A stretch of DNA of 64,000 bases from Alphaproteobacteria bacterium. Lineage in GTDB: Bacteria; Pseudomonadota; Alphaproteobacteria; JAPOUT01; G958296285. A program made the position numbers and the translations under genes. Below are positions 49,247-59,530 of the stretch, one piece after another (positions within the stretch are counted from its first letter, which is position 1; the number at the start of each line of letters is the position of its first letter). The DNA is taken from assembly GCA_965209065.1 (NCBI GenBank), contig OZ242373.1, positions 1,415,384 through 1,479,383 of the forward strand. The letters run 5' to 3'. The notes beneath the pieces are model-generated. The model did not search any database. It was not told where the DNA came from and was given only the letters and a program-made list of their open reading frames with translations.

Positions 49247-49928
49247 AAGCAGGAGTATAGCACAGGTTTTCTGCCTATTGCTACTAACAGCAGGCGGCGT
49301 GGCAGCATCGGCGGAGGCGAGGCAAAACATTTTGATTTATGGCGATAGCCTGTCCGCCGGCTATGGATTAGCCTCTAATGAGGGATTTGCCCCCCAGCTA
49401 GAGCAGGCACTCAAGGCGAAGGGCAAGCGCATTAAAATATTTAACGCCAGCCAGTCGGGCGAAACAACACGCGGCGGGCTCGCGCGCTTGAAATGGACGC
49501 TCGACAACTTGCCCGCAATGCATATCGCCATTATCGAGCTCGGGGCGAACGATGCCCTGCGCACGCTATCACCGCAACGCACAAAAGAAAATTTAAGCAA
49601 AATGATAGCCATTCTACAAAAACGCAAGATAAAGGTCTTATTGACAGGCATGCTCGCCCCGCCCAATTTGGGCGAGGTCTATGGTAAAGCCTTTAACAGC
49701 CTCTACCCCGCCCTAGCGAAAAACTATAAAGTTAGGCTTTACCCCTTCTTTTTAGAGGAAGTCGCCACAAAAAGAGCCCTCAACCTAAAAGATGGCATTC
49801 ACCCTAACGCAAAGGGAGTGAAAATAATTGTTTCAAACATTATGCCTTTCGTGTTAGAAACTTTAGAATCTCGCATAAACGAGAAAGCAAACGGGGGAAA
49901 AACTAATGGAATATCGTCCTTTAGGTAG
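49221..49928 (+). CDS. tesA: SGNH/GDSL arylesterase (TesA-like acyl-CoA thioesterase I / lysophospholipase L1)
   Basis: It has a signal peptide and the ILIYGDSLSAGYGL catalytic-Ser block, followed by G…N and DGIHPN (the catalytic D-x-x-H) motifs. It is divergent from ybbA, as in E. coli tesA-ybbA-ybbP. The start was chosen at MATSFNSV (49221). Confidence 0.8.
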   Translation: MATSFNSVISRSIAQVFCLLLLTAGGVAASAEARQNILIYGDSLSAGYGLASNEGFAPQLEQALKAKGKRIKIFNASQSGETTRGGLARLKWTLDNLPAMHIAIIELGANDALRTLSPQRTKENLSKMIAILQKRKIKVLLTGMLAPPNLGEVYGKAFNSLYPALAKNYKVRLYPFFLEEVATKRALNLKDGIHPNAKGVKIIVSNIMPFVLETLESRINEKANGGKTNGISSFR

Positions 49929-50949
49929 AACAGACGTGAAAGTGTCTGAAATTTGTTTAGGCACAATGACTTGGGGGCAGCAAAACACCGAAGCAGAAGG
50001 TCATCAGCAGATGGACTACGCCATAACGGAGGGTATCAACTTTTTTGACGCCGCAGAAATGTATCCCATTCCCCCCAAAGCCGAAACGCAGGGACGCACC
50101 GAAAAAATTATCGGCACGTGGTTTCAGAAAAATAAAAACCGCGATAAAGTCATTTTAGCAACAAAAATAGCCGGACGAACGCAGATGAACTGGCTGCGCG
50201 AGGACGGCTCTGCCGGCGAGCTCAATCGCGCGCAAATTTTAGAGGCAGTGGATAAAAGCCTCAAAAGACTCCAAACCGATTATATTGACTTGTATCAGCT
50301 TCATTGGCCCGACAGACCCCTACGCGCTTTTGGTGGCACGTTAATTTATAAACATTACACCGGAGACGAAAATCCGATTGATGAGATTCTAGCCGCACTG
50401 AACGAGTGCGTTCAAGCCGGTAAAATTCGCCATATCGGGCTCTCTAACGAAACCGCGTGGGGCGTGATGCGCTTTTTACATTATGCCGAAACGAAAAGCC
50501 TCCCGCGCATTCATTCTATCCAAAATGCTTATAATCTCCTCAACCGCTGCTTTGAGCTGGGGCTTGCTGAAATTGCCTCGCGCGAGCAGGTGGGGCTACT
50601 CGCCTATTCTCCTCTAGCGCAAGGCTATTTGAGCGGAAAATATCAAGGCGGCGCGCTGCCGCAGGGGTCGCGCAAGCAGCTGTTTCAACGCCTCGCGCGA
50701 TATGAAGTCGAAGGCACCGAAAGCCTGATAGATAAATACCTCGCGCTCGCCAAGTCGCTCGGGCTTGACCCCGCGCAGATGGCGCTCCGCTTTGTAACCG
50801 AGCAAAAATTTGTAACATCTAACATCATCGGCGCAACCTCTATGGAGCAGCTTAAAATAGCGCTCGGCAGCCAAGACATCGCGTGGAATAGGGATACTCA
50901 AGATGCCATTAACAATATCCATCTACAAACCCCTAACCTCTGCCCTTAA
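49906..50949 (+). CDS. tas: NADP(H)-dependent aldo-keto reductase (Tas-like)
   Basis: 347-aa ORF. Its N-terminus MEYRPLGRTDVKVSEICLGTMTWGQQNTEAEGHQQMDYAITEGINFFDAAEMYP… parallels E. coli Tas. It also carries the LKRLQTDYIDLYQLHWPDRP block. Confidence 0.85.
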   Translation: MEYRPLGRTDVKVSEICLGTMTWGQQNTEAEGHQQMDYAITEGINFFDAAEMYPIPPKAETQGRTEKIIGTWFQKNKNRDKVILATKIAGRTQMNWLREDGSAGELNRAQILEAVDKSLKRLQTDYIDLYQLHWPDRPLRAFGGTLIYKHYTGDENPIDEILAALNECVQAGKIRHIGLSNETAWGVMRFLHYAETKSLPRIHSIQNAYNLLNRCFELGLAEIASREQVGLLAYSPLAQGYLSGKYQGGALPQGSRKQLFQRLARYEVEGTESLIDKYLALAKSLGLDPAQMALRFVTEQKFVTSNIIGATSMEQLKIALGSQDIAWNRDTQDAINNIHLQTPNLCP

Positions 50950-50980
50950 CGCAGGCGTAATTTGTGCTATAAGAAAGGCA

Positions 50981-51376
50981 ATGAGACCCTTATCGCCCCA
51001 TCTGCAGATTTACCGCCCGACAATGACGATGCTAATGTCTATCGCTCATCGCCTTTCGGGGTTGGCACTTTATGGGCTAGCACTAGGATTTATCCTTTGG
51101 CTCAACCTACTTGCCTTCGCCCCGAGCTATTTTGACTTGGCACAAACCTATTTAAGTAGCACCGAAGGACAGGTCGCTTTATTTATAAGTCTCTGGATTT
51201 TCTGCCATCATCTATGCGGCGGGCTACGCCACTTTATATGGGACTTAGGCTTAGGGCTTGGGCATTACGGCAGAGAGATTTTCGCTTTTGGCACTTTCAT
51301 TTTTGGTCTGTTGTTAGCGGTGGGTATCTTTTTAGCTCCTAACTATGAAATAATTTTACAGGAGCTAAACCGATGA
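50981..51376 (+). CDS. sdhC: succinate dehydrogenase cytochrome b556 subunit
   Basis: MRPLSPHLQIYRP… is the conserved SdhC N-terminus. The protein has three transmembrane helices and the gene precedes sdhD, sdhA and sdhB. The start was taken at the internal Met of the tabulated ORF. Confidence 0.8.
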   Translation: MRPLSPHLQIYRPTMTMLMSIAHRLSGLALYGLALGFILWLNLLAFAPSYFDLAQTYLSSTEGQVALFISLWIFCHHLCGGLRHFIWDLGLGLGHYGREIFAFGTFIFGLLLAVGIFLAPNYEIILQELNR

Positions 51377-51816
51377 CAAAAAGGGATTTAGGCTCTTCTC
51401 ATCAAGGCACAAAACACTTTTGGCATCAAAGAATAACCGGACTTGCCAATTTAGCTCTAGGGCTTGCCTGCATGATTGCTTTAAGTTTTTACGGACGCAC
51501 GATGCATAGCGAAGTCTTAAGTTGGCTTTCTCAACCTTGGGTCATCGGCGCGATGACCTTTCTTATCCTATCCGTGCTATGGCACATGAAATTGGGTTTA
51601 AGCGTGGTTATTGACGATTACGTCCATAAAGAAAGTTTGAGACTCCTTTGTCAAGTTTCTAATATCTTTATCACTCTTTTAGCGGGTGTGTTTGCCCTGC
51701 TGGCGCTTATACAGATTCTATTGGGCGAGCCTTCCTTGTCTTCTGCGCCAATAGAGCCGATGTATAATGAAGACAATATAAACGATGGGAGCATTATGAA
51801 TGAGCAAAACAAGTAG
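51373..51816 (+). CDS. sdhD: succinate dehydrogenase hydrophobic membrane anchor subunit
   Basis: 147-aa membrane protein between sdhC and sdhA. Its start overlaps the sdhC stop (ATGA). Confidence 0.75.
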   Translation: MTKRDLGSSHQGTKHFWHQRITGLANLALGLACMIALSFYGRTMHSEVLSWLSQPWVIGAMTFLILSVLWHMKLGLSVVIDDYVHKESLRLLCQVSNIFITLLAGVFALLALIQILLGEPSLSSAPIEPMYNEDNINDGSIMNEQNK

Positions 51817-53611
51817 CTATACCTATATTGACCACCAGTTTGATGTCGTTGTGGTCGGCGCGGGCGGCGCGGGACTGCGCTCAACTTTAGGCTGCGCACA
51901 AGCGAACCTTAAAACCGCTTGCCTAACAAAATTATTTCCAACACGCTCGCATACGGTTGCCGCGCAAGGCGGCATCTCAGCTGCCATCGGCAATATGGGT
52001 GATGACGACTGGCGCTGGCACATGTATGACACCGTCAAAGGCTCCGACTGGCTCGGCGACCAAGACGCCATCGAATACCTGTGCCGCAACGCGCCCGAAG
52101 CGGTTTATGAGCTAGAACATTTTGGCGTCCCTTTCTCGCGCACCGAAAGCGGACGCATTTATCAACGCGCGTTCGGCGGAATGACAACGCACTTCGGCGA
52201 AGGCATCGCGCAACGCACTTGCGCCGCCGCCGATAGAACCGGCCACGCTATTTTACATACGCTCTACGGACAAGCCTTGCGCCATCAAGCAAAGTTCTTT
52301 ATCGAGTTCTTCGCGCTTGACTTAATAATGGACGAGCAAGGACGTTGCTGCGGGGTTACCGCGCTTTGTATGGAAGATGGTAGCCTCCACCGCTTTCAAG
52401 CCGATATTGTTATTTTGGCGACCGGCGGTTATGGACGCGCTTATTTCTCTTGCACCTCAGCGCATAGCTGCACCGGTGACGGCAACGCGATGGCGTTGCG
52501 CGCCGGTCTGCCGCTACAAGATATGGAGTTCGTTCAGTTTCACCCAACCGGCATTTATGGCGCGGGCTGCCTTATCACCGAAGGCGCGCGCGGTGAAGGC
52601 GCCTATCTTGTCAATCAGCAAGGCGAGCGCTTTATGGAACGCTACGCGCCTTCAGCAAAAGATTTAGCCTCGCGCGATGTCGTCAGTCGCGCGATGACAA
52701 TAGAAATTCGTGAAGGACGCGGAGTCGGCGAGAGAAACGACCACATCTACCTCCACTTAGACCACATCAGCCCCGATATATTGAAAGTGCGCCTGCCGGG
52801 CATTAGCGAATCCGCTAGAGTTTTCGCCAACGTGGACGTTACGCGCGAACCTATTCCGGTTTTGCCTACCGTTCATTATAATATGGGCGGTATCCCAACC
52901 AACTATAAAGGCGAAGTGCTCAACCCAACTCAGGGCGATGAGGAAGCCACCGTCGAGGGTCTTATGGCAGTCGGCGAAGCCGCTTGCGTTTCGGTGCATG
53001 GCGCTAATCGACTTGGCTCTAACTCTCTAACCGACTTGATTGTTTTTGGCAGAGCCGCCGCCGAACACGCCAAAGAACTCCTAACGAAAGAACTCTTAAA
53101 GCCGAACGCTAAAAAGGCGAAGCTCCCCAGCGATGCCGGCGAACAAAGCTTAGCGCGACTCGACCGCTTCCGTCACGCGCACGGCGGCACGCCCAGCGCT
53201 GAATTGAGGTCGCAGATGCAACACACAATGCAAGAAAATTGCGCCGTCTTTAGAAGCGGCGAGGTGCTACAACAAGGCGTGGCGAACATCGCCGCCATCT
53301 ATAACGGCATAGAGGATATCGCCGTTTCTGACCGCTCTTTGATTTGGAACAGCGACTTGATAGAAACGCTCGAATTTGAAAACCTGATTCTACAAAGCCT
53401 CGCGACCGTTCATTCGGCAACCGCGCGCGAGGAAAGTCGCGGCAGCCACGCACGCGAGGATTTCCCTAAACGCGATGACGCAAAATGGATGCGCCATAGC
53501 CTCGCGAAAGTTGATAATGCCGGCCAAGTCGCTCTATCCTACCGCTCGGTGCATAAAAAAACCCTCAGCGATGATGTTGAATATATCCCACCCAAAGAAC
53601 GAGTCTATTAA
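51800..53611 (+). CDS. sdhA: succinate dehydrogenase flavoprotein subunit
   Basis: 603-aa ORF with the FAD-binding fingerprint [12 protein letters not shown], the covalent-FAD region [10 protein letters not shown] and conserved HPTG and RLGSNSL blocks. Confidence 0.95.
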   Translation: MSKTSSYTYIDHQFDVVVVGAGGAGLRSTLGCAQANLKTACLTKLFPTRSHTVAAQGGISAAIGNMGDDDWRWHMYDTVKGSDWLGDQDAIEYLCRNAPEAVYELEHFGVPFSRTESGRIYQRAFGGMTTHFGEGIAQRTCAAADRTGHAILHTLYGQALRHQAKFFIEFFALDLIMDEQGRCCGVTALCMEDGSLHRFQADIVILATGGYGRAYFSCTSAHSCTGDGNAMALRAGLPLQDMEFVQFHPTGIYGAGCLITEGARGEGAYLVNQQGERFMERYAPSAKDLASRDVVSRAMTIEIREGRGVGERNDHIYLHLDHISPDILKVRLPGISESARVFANVDVTREPIPVLPTVHYNMGGIPTNYKGEVLNPTQGDEEATVEGLMAVGEAACVSVHGANRLGSNSLTDLIVFGRAAAEHAKELLTKELLKPNAKKAKLPSDAGEQSLARLDRFRHAHGGTPSAELRSQMQHTMQENCAVFRSGEVLQQGVANIAAIYNGIEDIAVSDRSLIWNSDLIETLEFENLILQSLATVHSATAREESRGSHAREDFPKRDDAKWMRHSLAKVDNAGQVALSYRSVHKKTLSDDVEYIPPKERVY

Positions 53612-53622
53612 AGGAGCAGAGA

Positions 53623-54402
53623 ATGGCTAAATTTTCTTTACCCAAACATTCTAAAATATCTAAGTCGGGTCGCGTTTTTGCAGCACCCGACGGCGCGAAA
53701 AACATTCGCCGCTTCAAAGTCTATCGCTGGAATCCCGAAACAAATAGCAATCCTCACATGGACGTCTATCACGTCAATATGGACGAGTGCGGACCTATGG
53801 TGCTAGACGCTTTGATTAAAATTAAAAATGAAATCGATTCCACTTTGACTTTTCGCCGCTCGTGCCGTGAAGGCATTTGCGGCTCGTGCGCGATGAACAT
53901 CAATGGCGTGAATGGCTTAGCCTGCTTACAACCCATAGAAACACAAGCAGGCACAATAACCATTTATCCTTTGCCCTCTTGCTCGGTGGTGAAAGATTTA
54001 GTCCCCGACCTAACGCAATTCTACAAACAATACGAACAAATAGAGCCGTGGCTTCAAACAAAACCGCCCGCCGAAGGCGAACATATACAATCTGTAGAGG
54101 AGCGCGCCAAACTTGACGGCTTGTATGAATGCATTTTATGCGCCTGCTGCTCTACCTCTTGCCCCAGCTACTGGTGGAACGGCGACCGCTACTTTGGTCC
54201 CGCCGCCCTGCTACAAGCGCACCGCTGGCTGATGGATAGTCGCGATGATGCCGTCGGCGCGCGCTTGGATAATTTAGAAGACCCATTTAGACTTTATCGT
54301 TGCCATACCATACTCAATTGCGCCAAAGCATGTCCCAAAAACTTAAACCCCGCCAAAGCAATAGCCGAAATAAAACAAATGATGGTTTCTAGGCGCACCT
54401 AA
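53623..54402 (+). CDS. sdhB: succinate dehydrogenase iron-sulfur subunit
   Basis: 259-aa ORF with the 2Fe-2S motif [11 protein letters not shown], the 4Fe-4S motif [12 protein letters not shown] and the 3Fe-4S motif [13 protein letters not shown]. Confidence 0.95.
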   Translation: MAKFSLPKHSKISKSGRVFAAPDGAKNIRRFKVYRWNPETNSNPHMDVYHVNMDECGPMVLDALIKIKNEIDSTLTFRRSCREGICGSCAMNINGVNGLACLQPIETQAGTITIYPLPSCSVVKDLVPDLTQFYKQYEQIEPWLQTKPPAEGEHIQSVEERAKLDGLYECILCACCSTSCPSYWWNGDRYFGPAALLQAHRWLMDSRDDAVGARLDNLEDPFRLYRCHTILNCAKACPKNLNPAKAIAEIKQMMVSRRT

Positions 54403-54416
54403 CCTATTGAAGGCGA

Positions 54417-55493
54417 ATGATATCCGCTTTTTATAAAGCCTATCAGGGCTTAACAAGTGCCGATGAGCTCGAAAATGATGAGCCACAAGAAAATGTCGCG
54501 CGCGCTTTAGATAAACTCGCGCTGGCTTTAGAAAAAAAACATAGTGGCTTTAGGCTGTGGGGAGGCTTCTCACGCAAACCGCGAGCGAAAAGTCTTTATG
54601 TGTGGGGAGGAGTCGGGCGCGGCAAAACAATGCTGATGGATTTATTTTTTGACTCACTCCAGCTTAAAAAGAAACACCGCTTACACTTTATAGAGTTTAT
54701 GAAAGAAACTCACGCCGCCCTTAAAACGTTGCGCGCGCAAGAAGAAGGCGATGTCGTGCTTATGTTGGCGCGGCAGCTCGCGCAGAAATGGCGGCTGATT
54801 TGCCTCGATGAATTTCAAGTAAGCGATATTGCTGACGCTTCTATTCTAGGGCGTTTGTTTTCTGCGCTTTTTGATGAGGGCGTGCTGTTGGTAACAACCT
54901 CTAACCGCAAGCCCGATGATTTATATTTAGGCGGATTAAACCGCCAGCGCTTTTTGCCGTTCATCGCTCTGCTAAAGCAGCGCGCGCAGATTTTGTTTTT
55001 AGGGGAAGGAAAAGATTATCGTATGAAGTCGCTTGCTTCGTTAGAGCGTTATTATCTCAATAATAGCCAAGCCTTGAAAGAAAATTTTGCGCAGCAAACC
55101 CATCATCAAGCCAAACCATGCGCTTTAGAAGCCGGCGCGCGCAACCTGCTGATTCCACTTCAAGGCTTCGGCTGTGCCTATTTTAACTTTAGCGACCTAT
55201 GCGAGCAACCCCTCGGCAGTGCCGACTACCTATTGCTCGCCCGACACTATCGCACAATATATATTGACGCTATTCCTGTGCTCAATAATCAAAAGCGCAA
55301 CGAAGCAAAAAGATTTATCCACTTGATTGATGTGCTTTATGATGAACGCACTTTACTCATCGCCAACGCCGCGGCAGAGCCCAACAACCTCTATCAAGAC
55401 GATAGAAAAAGCACAGAAAAATTTGAGTTTGAGCGCACACGCTCGCGGCTGAATGAAATGCGCGCACCCGATTATGGTGCGCACCAAAAATAA
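54417..55493 (+). CDS. zapE: cell division protein ZapE (AFG1-family ATPase)
   Basis: 358-aa ORF with the P-loop GGVGRGKTMLMD and a Walker B-like motif ICLDEFQV. It lies downstream of sdhB. Confidence 0.8.
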   Translation: MISAFYKAYQGLTSADELENDEPQENVARALDKLALALEKKHSGFRLWGGFSRKPRAKSLYVWGGVGRGKTMLMDLFFDSLQLKKKHRLHFIEFMKETHAALKTLRAQEEGDVVLMLARQLAQKWRLICLDEFQVSDIADASILGRLFSALFDEGVLLVTTSNRKPDDLYLGGLNRQRFLPFIALLKQRAQILFLGEGKDYRMKSLASLERYYLNNSQALKENFAQQTHHQAKPCALEAGARNLLIPLQGFGCAYFNFSDLCEQPLGSADYLLLARHYRTIYIDAIPVLNNQKRNEAKRFIHLIDVLYDERTLLIANAAAEPNNLYQDDRKSTEKFEFERTRSRLNEMRAPDYGAHQK

Positions 55494-55510
55494 TCTTCTA
55501 GTCCTAAATT

Positions 55511-56515
55511 TTATTCTTGGGGCAGAACAACAATTTTACCCTTCACCTTGCGTGATGCCATATCTTGTAAGGCTTGCGCACCTTCGCTAAGTTTGTAAGT
55601 TTTAGAAACAAAGGGTTTTATCTTTCCTTGCTTAAATAAATCTGCCAATTCATCTAAATTCTTTTTGTGGTCCTTCGGCTGGTGCATCGTAAAAGCACCC
55701 CAGAAGACACCAACAATTTGACAGCCCTTCAACAAAGCAAGATTAAGCGGAATTTTAGGAATGTCGCCCGCCGCAAATCCGATAACCAGATAACGCCCTT
55801 GCCACGCGGTCGCGCGTAGCGTGGGCTCAGCGTAATCGCCGCCAACCGGGTCATAGACCACGTCAGCACCCTTGCCGCCCGTCAGCTCTTTTATTTTATC
55901 CGACATTCCCTTTTGCTGCTCACGCGAAAGAGAACCTGTCGGATAACAAAAAGCCTCGTCCGCGCCGCGCTCCTTACATATTTTATTTTTTTCTTCACTA
56001 GAGGTCGCCGCAATAACCCGCGCGCCCATCGCCTTGCCGAGCTCAACCGCCGCTAAACCAACGCCGCCTGCCGCTCCCAAAACCAGTAGCGTCTCTCCCG
56101 CTTTGAGCTGCGCGCGGTCTTTGAGCGCATGGTGGCTCGTGCCGTAAGTCATCAAAAAAGCCGCCGCCGAAACTTCGTCCATGCCTTCGGGAATTTTGAC
56201 AATCCGTGTAGCATCAACCGCAAGCTTCTCCGCCATACCGCCATAGCCACACGAAGCAATAACACCATCGCCGAGCGACACGCCTTTCACCTCATCGCCA
56301 ATCTCTATGATTTTACCCGAAGCCTCTCCGCCCGGCGCAAAAGGCGGCTCAACACGCATCTGATATTTGTTTTGTATCATCAGCACATCGGGGAAATTAA
56401 CCGCCGCCGCACCAACTTCAATCACAACCTGACCCTTGCCCGCTTTAGGCTCAGGCAACTCGCCTACCTTCAAGGTGTCAGGCAACCCATAAGATTCACA
56501 AACCAAAGCTTTCAT
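55511..56515 (-). CDS. NADPH:quinone oxidoreductase / zinc-independent MDR-family dehydrogenase
   Basis: 334-aa ORF with an N-terminal GroES-like domain and a Rossmann motif (LVLGAAGGVGLAAVELGKAMGARV). This is the quinone oxidoreductase-like MDR family. Confidence 0.8.
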   Translation of the reverse strand: MKALVCESYGLPDTLKVGELPEPKAGKGQVVIEVGAAAVNFPDVLMIQNKYQMRVEPPFAPGGEASGKIIEIGDEVKGVSLGDGVIASCGYGGMAEKLAVDATRIVKIPEGMDEVSAAAFLMTYGTSHHALKDRAQLKAGETLLVLGAAGGVGLAAVELGKAMGARVIAATSSEEKNKICKERGADEAFCYPTGSLSREQQKGMSDKIKELTGGKGADVVYDPVGGDYAEPTLRATAWQGRYLVIGFAAGDIPKIPLNLALLKGCQIVGVFWGAFTMHQPKDHKKNLDELADLFKQGKIKPFVSKTYKLSEGAQALQDMASRKVKGKIVVLPQE

Positions 56516-56584
56516 ATTTTCCTCCTGTTGATATTATTCTATCATCTTTAAGCCGTGCGTGCTAGAGTTTGTTTCGAGGTTGAG

Positions 56585-57151
56585 ATGAAAAAATATATTG
56601 TTTTATCCATTTTTTTTAGCCTGCCCCTGCCTCTTGTCGCCGCGCAAATGCAAGGAGAGGCAACCCTTCTCGGCGAATCCAGCGACTGGCAGGCGCATAA
56701 GTATTTCGAGCAAGACGAAAAAGGCATTCGTATCCCCGTGTGCGCTCTGTCCTCTTTTGCCATCGTGAGCTTTCCAAAAACTTTTGCGGACCGCAAGCCG
56801 CGCGCCTATGTGTCGCGCAGAAAAAAAGAGGGAGGGCGTTCTTGGTTTTATGAAATTGCGATAAAGTTTGATGTTGCGCTCTTGCCCGCCCCTTCGCCTG
56901 AGCGCGCGCCTATTTTAAGCATTGGGGAGAAGCAATTTAATCTCTTTGTCGGCGCAACGCGGAGCGGCGCGGAAGCCGCGTGGGCTTGGGTCTTGCCGAA
57001 GGATATTAGAAACGTGCTAACCTTGATGCGCTACGGCACGGATATGGAGCTTGTCGCTTTTATTGGGGACGAACGTCAAGTGCGCGATAAGTTTTCTCTG
57101 TTCGGCATTAGCAAGGGCTTAGCCCTCATTAACAAAAGCTGCGCGCAATGA
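56585..57151 (+). CDS. secreted protein, invasion-associated locus B (IalB)-like
   Basis: About 188 aa from MKKYIVLSIFFSLPLPLVAAQ (a signal peptide). Its size and periplasmic character resemble the IalB family. The assignment is from pattern memory only. The tabulated ORF starts 30 nt earlier. Confidence 0.4.
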   Translation: MKKYIVLSIFFSLPLPLVAAQMQGEATLLGESSDWQAHKYFEQDEKGIRIPVCALSSFAIVSFPKTFADRKPRAYVSRRKKEGGRSWFYEIAIKFDVALLPAPSPERAPILSIGEKQFNLFVGATRSGAEAAWAWVLPKDIRNVLTLMRYGTDMELVAFIGDERQVRDKFSLFGISKGLALINKSCAQ

Positions 57152-58308
57152 GTGCCAAAAAAATGCATACTTGTTTGAAAAAAAATTTTTGGGGGCTGTC
57201 GCGTGAAGCCGTGGCAAAAGAACTTCTAGCGCTGGATATTCCTCAAGGCAAATTAAAAATGCGTATCGCGCAGATTTGGCGCGCAGTTTATGTTGAAGGT
57301 GCTAAAGATTTTTCCTCCATCACTACCCTTTCTAAAGACTTTAGAGAAATGTTAAACAAACATTTTTCTCTAGCCCGACCGCAAGTGAAAACATGTTTAT
57401 CATCTAAAGACGGCACAAAAAAATGGCTGCTTCAGCTAGACGGCGGGCGTAGCAAAGGAGAAGTGGAAGTCGTTTTTATTCCTGAAAAGCATGAAGGTAA
57501 AAAAACGCGCGGCACTTTATGCCTGTCAAGCCAGATTGGCTGCACACTCACTTGCCGTTTTTGTCGGACGGGAACACAAGCATGGCAACGCAACTTAACG
57601 GCGGGAGAAATTATATCTCAAGTGCTCGTTGCCTTTGACGACCTAAACGCATGGCAACAAGATTCTAGAGAAACGACTCACAGAGAAATAACCCACATTG
57701 TGTTTATGGGGCAAGGCGAGCCTCTGTTTAATTTAGACGCCGTGCTTCAAGCCATTGAAACGTTAAGCGATGGTGATGGACTTGCTTTCTCGCGCCGTAG
57801 AATAACCATCTCCACCGCAGGCGTGGTGCCCGGTATTCGGCGGCTCGCGCAGCACGCGAATGTGCGCTTGGCTATCTCCCTTCACGCGGCTGATGACGAA
57901 AAACGCACAAAACTTATTCCACTCAATAATAAATATAATATAGAGAGCCTGCTAGAAGCCGTGCGCGATTATACTCAGCACAAGAACTCCTCACACGCAC
58001 GTGCTACCTTTGAATATATTATGTTAGACGGCATTAACGATAGCGATGAAGACGCGCGCAAATTAGCCCAGCTCATTCGTGGTATTCCCGCGAAGGTAAA
58101 TCTCATTCCGTTTAACGCGTGGCAGCCTTCGCCCTTTCGCCCATCAAGCGAGGCGCGTATCAAACGCTTTCAATCGCTTATTCGCCGCGCCGGCTATGCC
58201 GCACCCGTGCGCCGCGCGCGCGGACTTGATATTATGGCAGCATGCGGACAACTAAAAACCGCCAGTTTGGAAACCAAAAGTTTGAAAGAGAGGAAATATG
58301 GCGAATAG
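57148..58308 (+). CDS. rlmN: 23S rRNA (adenine2503-C2)-methyltransferase RlmN (radical SAM)
   Basis: 386-aa ORF with the radical-SAM cysteine triad in LSSQIGCTLTCRFCRTG and conserved GEPL and FNAW blocks. Its ATG overlaps the upstream gene by 4 nt. Confidence 0.9.
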   Translation: MSAKKMHTCLKKNFWGLSREAVAKELLALDIPQGKLKMRIAQIWRAVYVEGAKDFSSITTLSKDFREMLNKHFSLARPQVKTCLSSKDGTKKWLLQLDGGRSKGEVEVVFIPEKHEGKKTRGTLCLSSQIGCTLTCRFCRTGTQAWQRNLTAGEIISQVLVAFDDLNAWQQDSRETTHREITHIVFMGQGEPLFNLDAVLQAIETLSDGDGLAFSRRRITISTAGVVPGIRRLAQHANVRLAISLHAADDEKRTKLIPLNNKYNIESLLEAVRDYTQHKNSSHARATFEYIMLDGINDSDEDARKLAQLIRGIPAKVNLIPFNAWQPSPFRPSSEARIKRFQSLIRRAGYAAPVRRARGLDIMAACGQLKTASLETKSLKERKYGE

Positions 58309-59530
58309 AATCGTGCTTGCCTATTCAGGCGGACTAGATACCTCCGTCATTCTGGTTTGGCTAAAAGAACATTATCAATGCGAGGTGATTGCCTTTCTCG
58401 CCGACTTGGGTCAAGACGAAGACTTAGACCAAGCAGCAAAAAAGGCTCGCGCTTTGGGCGCGGCAGATGTCGTTGTGGAAAATCTACAAGAAGAATTCGT
58501 CCGCGATTATGTTTATCCAATGCTTCGCGCCAACGCGCTTTATGAAGGACGCTACCAGCTCGGCACTTCTATCGCCCGCCCCTTAATAGCGAAGGCGCAG
58601 ATAGATTGCGCGCGCCGCCTCAAGGGCGATGGTCTCTGCCACGGCGCGACCGGCAAGGGCAATGACCAGATTCGCTTTGAGCTAAGCTACGCCGCGCTCG
58701 CGCCCGACCTCGAGGTCATCGCGCCTTGGCGCATCTGGGATAAACGCGGGCGGCAGGAACTCCTCGCCTATGCCGAAGCACACCAAATCCCGGTAGATAA
58801 AAACGCCGAGAACAATCGCCCGCCCTTTTCTATGGACGCCAACCTGCTTCACCACTCTAGCGAAGGCAATAGCCTAGAGGATATGACTCAAGCCGCGCCC
58901 GACCACGCCTTTAACCTAACGCAATCACCCGAACAAGCGCCCGATGAAGCCGAAACTCTCACGCTCACTTTTGACAAGGGCGATTGCGTTGCGCTGAATG
59001 ACACGCGCCAAAGCCCCGCCGAGATGCTACGCGCGCTTAATAAAATTGGTGGCACGCACGCTATCGGTAGAGTGGATATGATAGAGAACCGCGCAACCGG
59101 AATGAAATCGCGCGGCGTGTATGAAACGCCCGGTGGCACTATCTTGCTCCAAGCCCATCGCTTTATGGAAGAACTGACTTTAGACGGCGCCGCCTATCGG
59201 TTGAAAGAAAGCCTGATGCCTCTTTATGCTGAACTCATTTACAAGGGGTTGTGGTTCGCGCCTGAGCGCGAAATGCTTCAAGCCCTCATCAACCAGAGCC
59301 AGCTTTATGTTAGCGGTAACGTTAAAATAAAACTCTATAAGGGCACGATAACGCCTCTCGCAAGAGAGAGTGCGTTTAGCCTCTATGATGAAGGGCAAGC
59401 CAGCTTTGAAGAAAATACACACGGCGAAACTTACGACCACAAAGACGCTGAGGGTTTTATCAAATTAAATAGCTTGCGACTTAAACAATTATACAAACAA
59501 ATATCTAGGCAGATGTATAAACAAAAATAA
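58298..59530 (+). CDS. argG: argininosuccinate synthase
   Basis: 410-aa ORF with the PP-loop AYSGGLDTS and conserved blocks typical of ArgG. Confidence 0.95.
   Translation: MANRIVLAYSGGLDTSVILVWLKEHYQCEVIAFLADLGQDEDLDQAAKKARALGAADVVVENLQEEFVRDYVYPMLRANALYEGRYQLGTSIARPLIAKAQIDCARRLKGDGLCHGATGKGNDQIRFELSYAALAPDLEVIAPWRIWDKRGRQELLAYAEAHQIPVDKNAENNRPPFSMDANLLHHSSEGNSLEDMTQAAPDHAFNLTQSPEQAPDEAETLTLTFDKGDCVALNDTRQSPAEMLRALNKIGGTHAIGRVDMIENRATGMKSRGVYETPGGTILLQAHRFMEELTLDGAAYRLKESLMPLYAELIYKGLWFAPEREMLQALINQSQLYVSGNVKIKLYKGTITPLARESAFSLYDEGQASFEENTHGETYDHKDAEGFIKLNSLRLKQLYKQISRQMYKQK

Noticed and set aside
49247-49330. Longer N-terminal extension of the ybbA ATPase (MFCLASADAATPPAVSSNRQKTCAILLL…)
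   Set aside because: The extension precedes a good internal start (MTELKEV) and would overlap tesA by more than 100 nt. The extension has no similarity to ABC ATPase N-termini.
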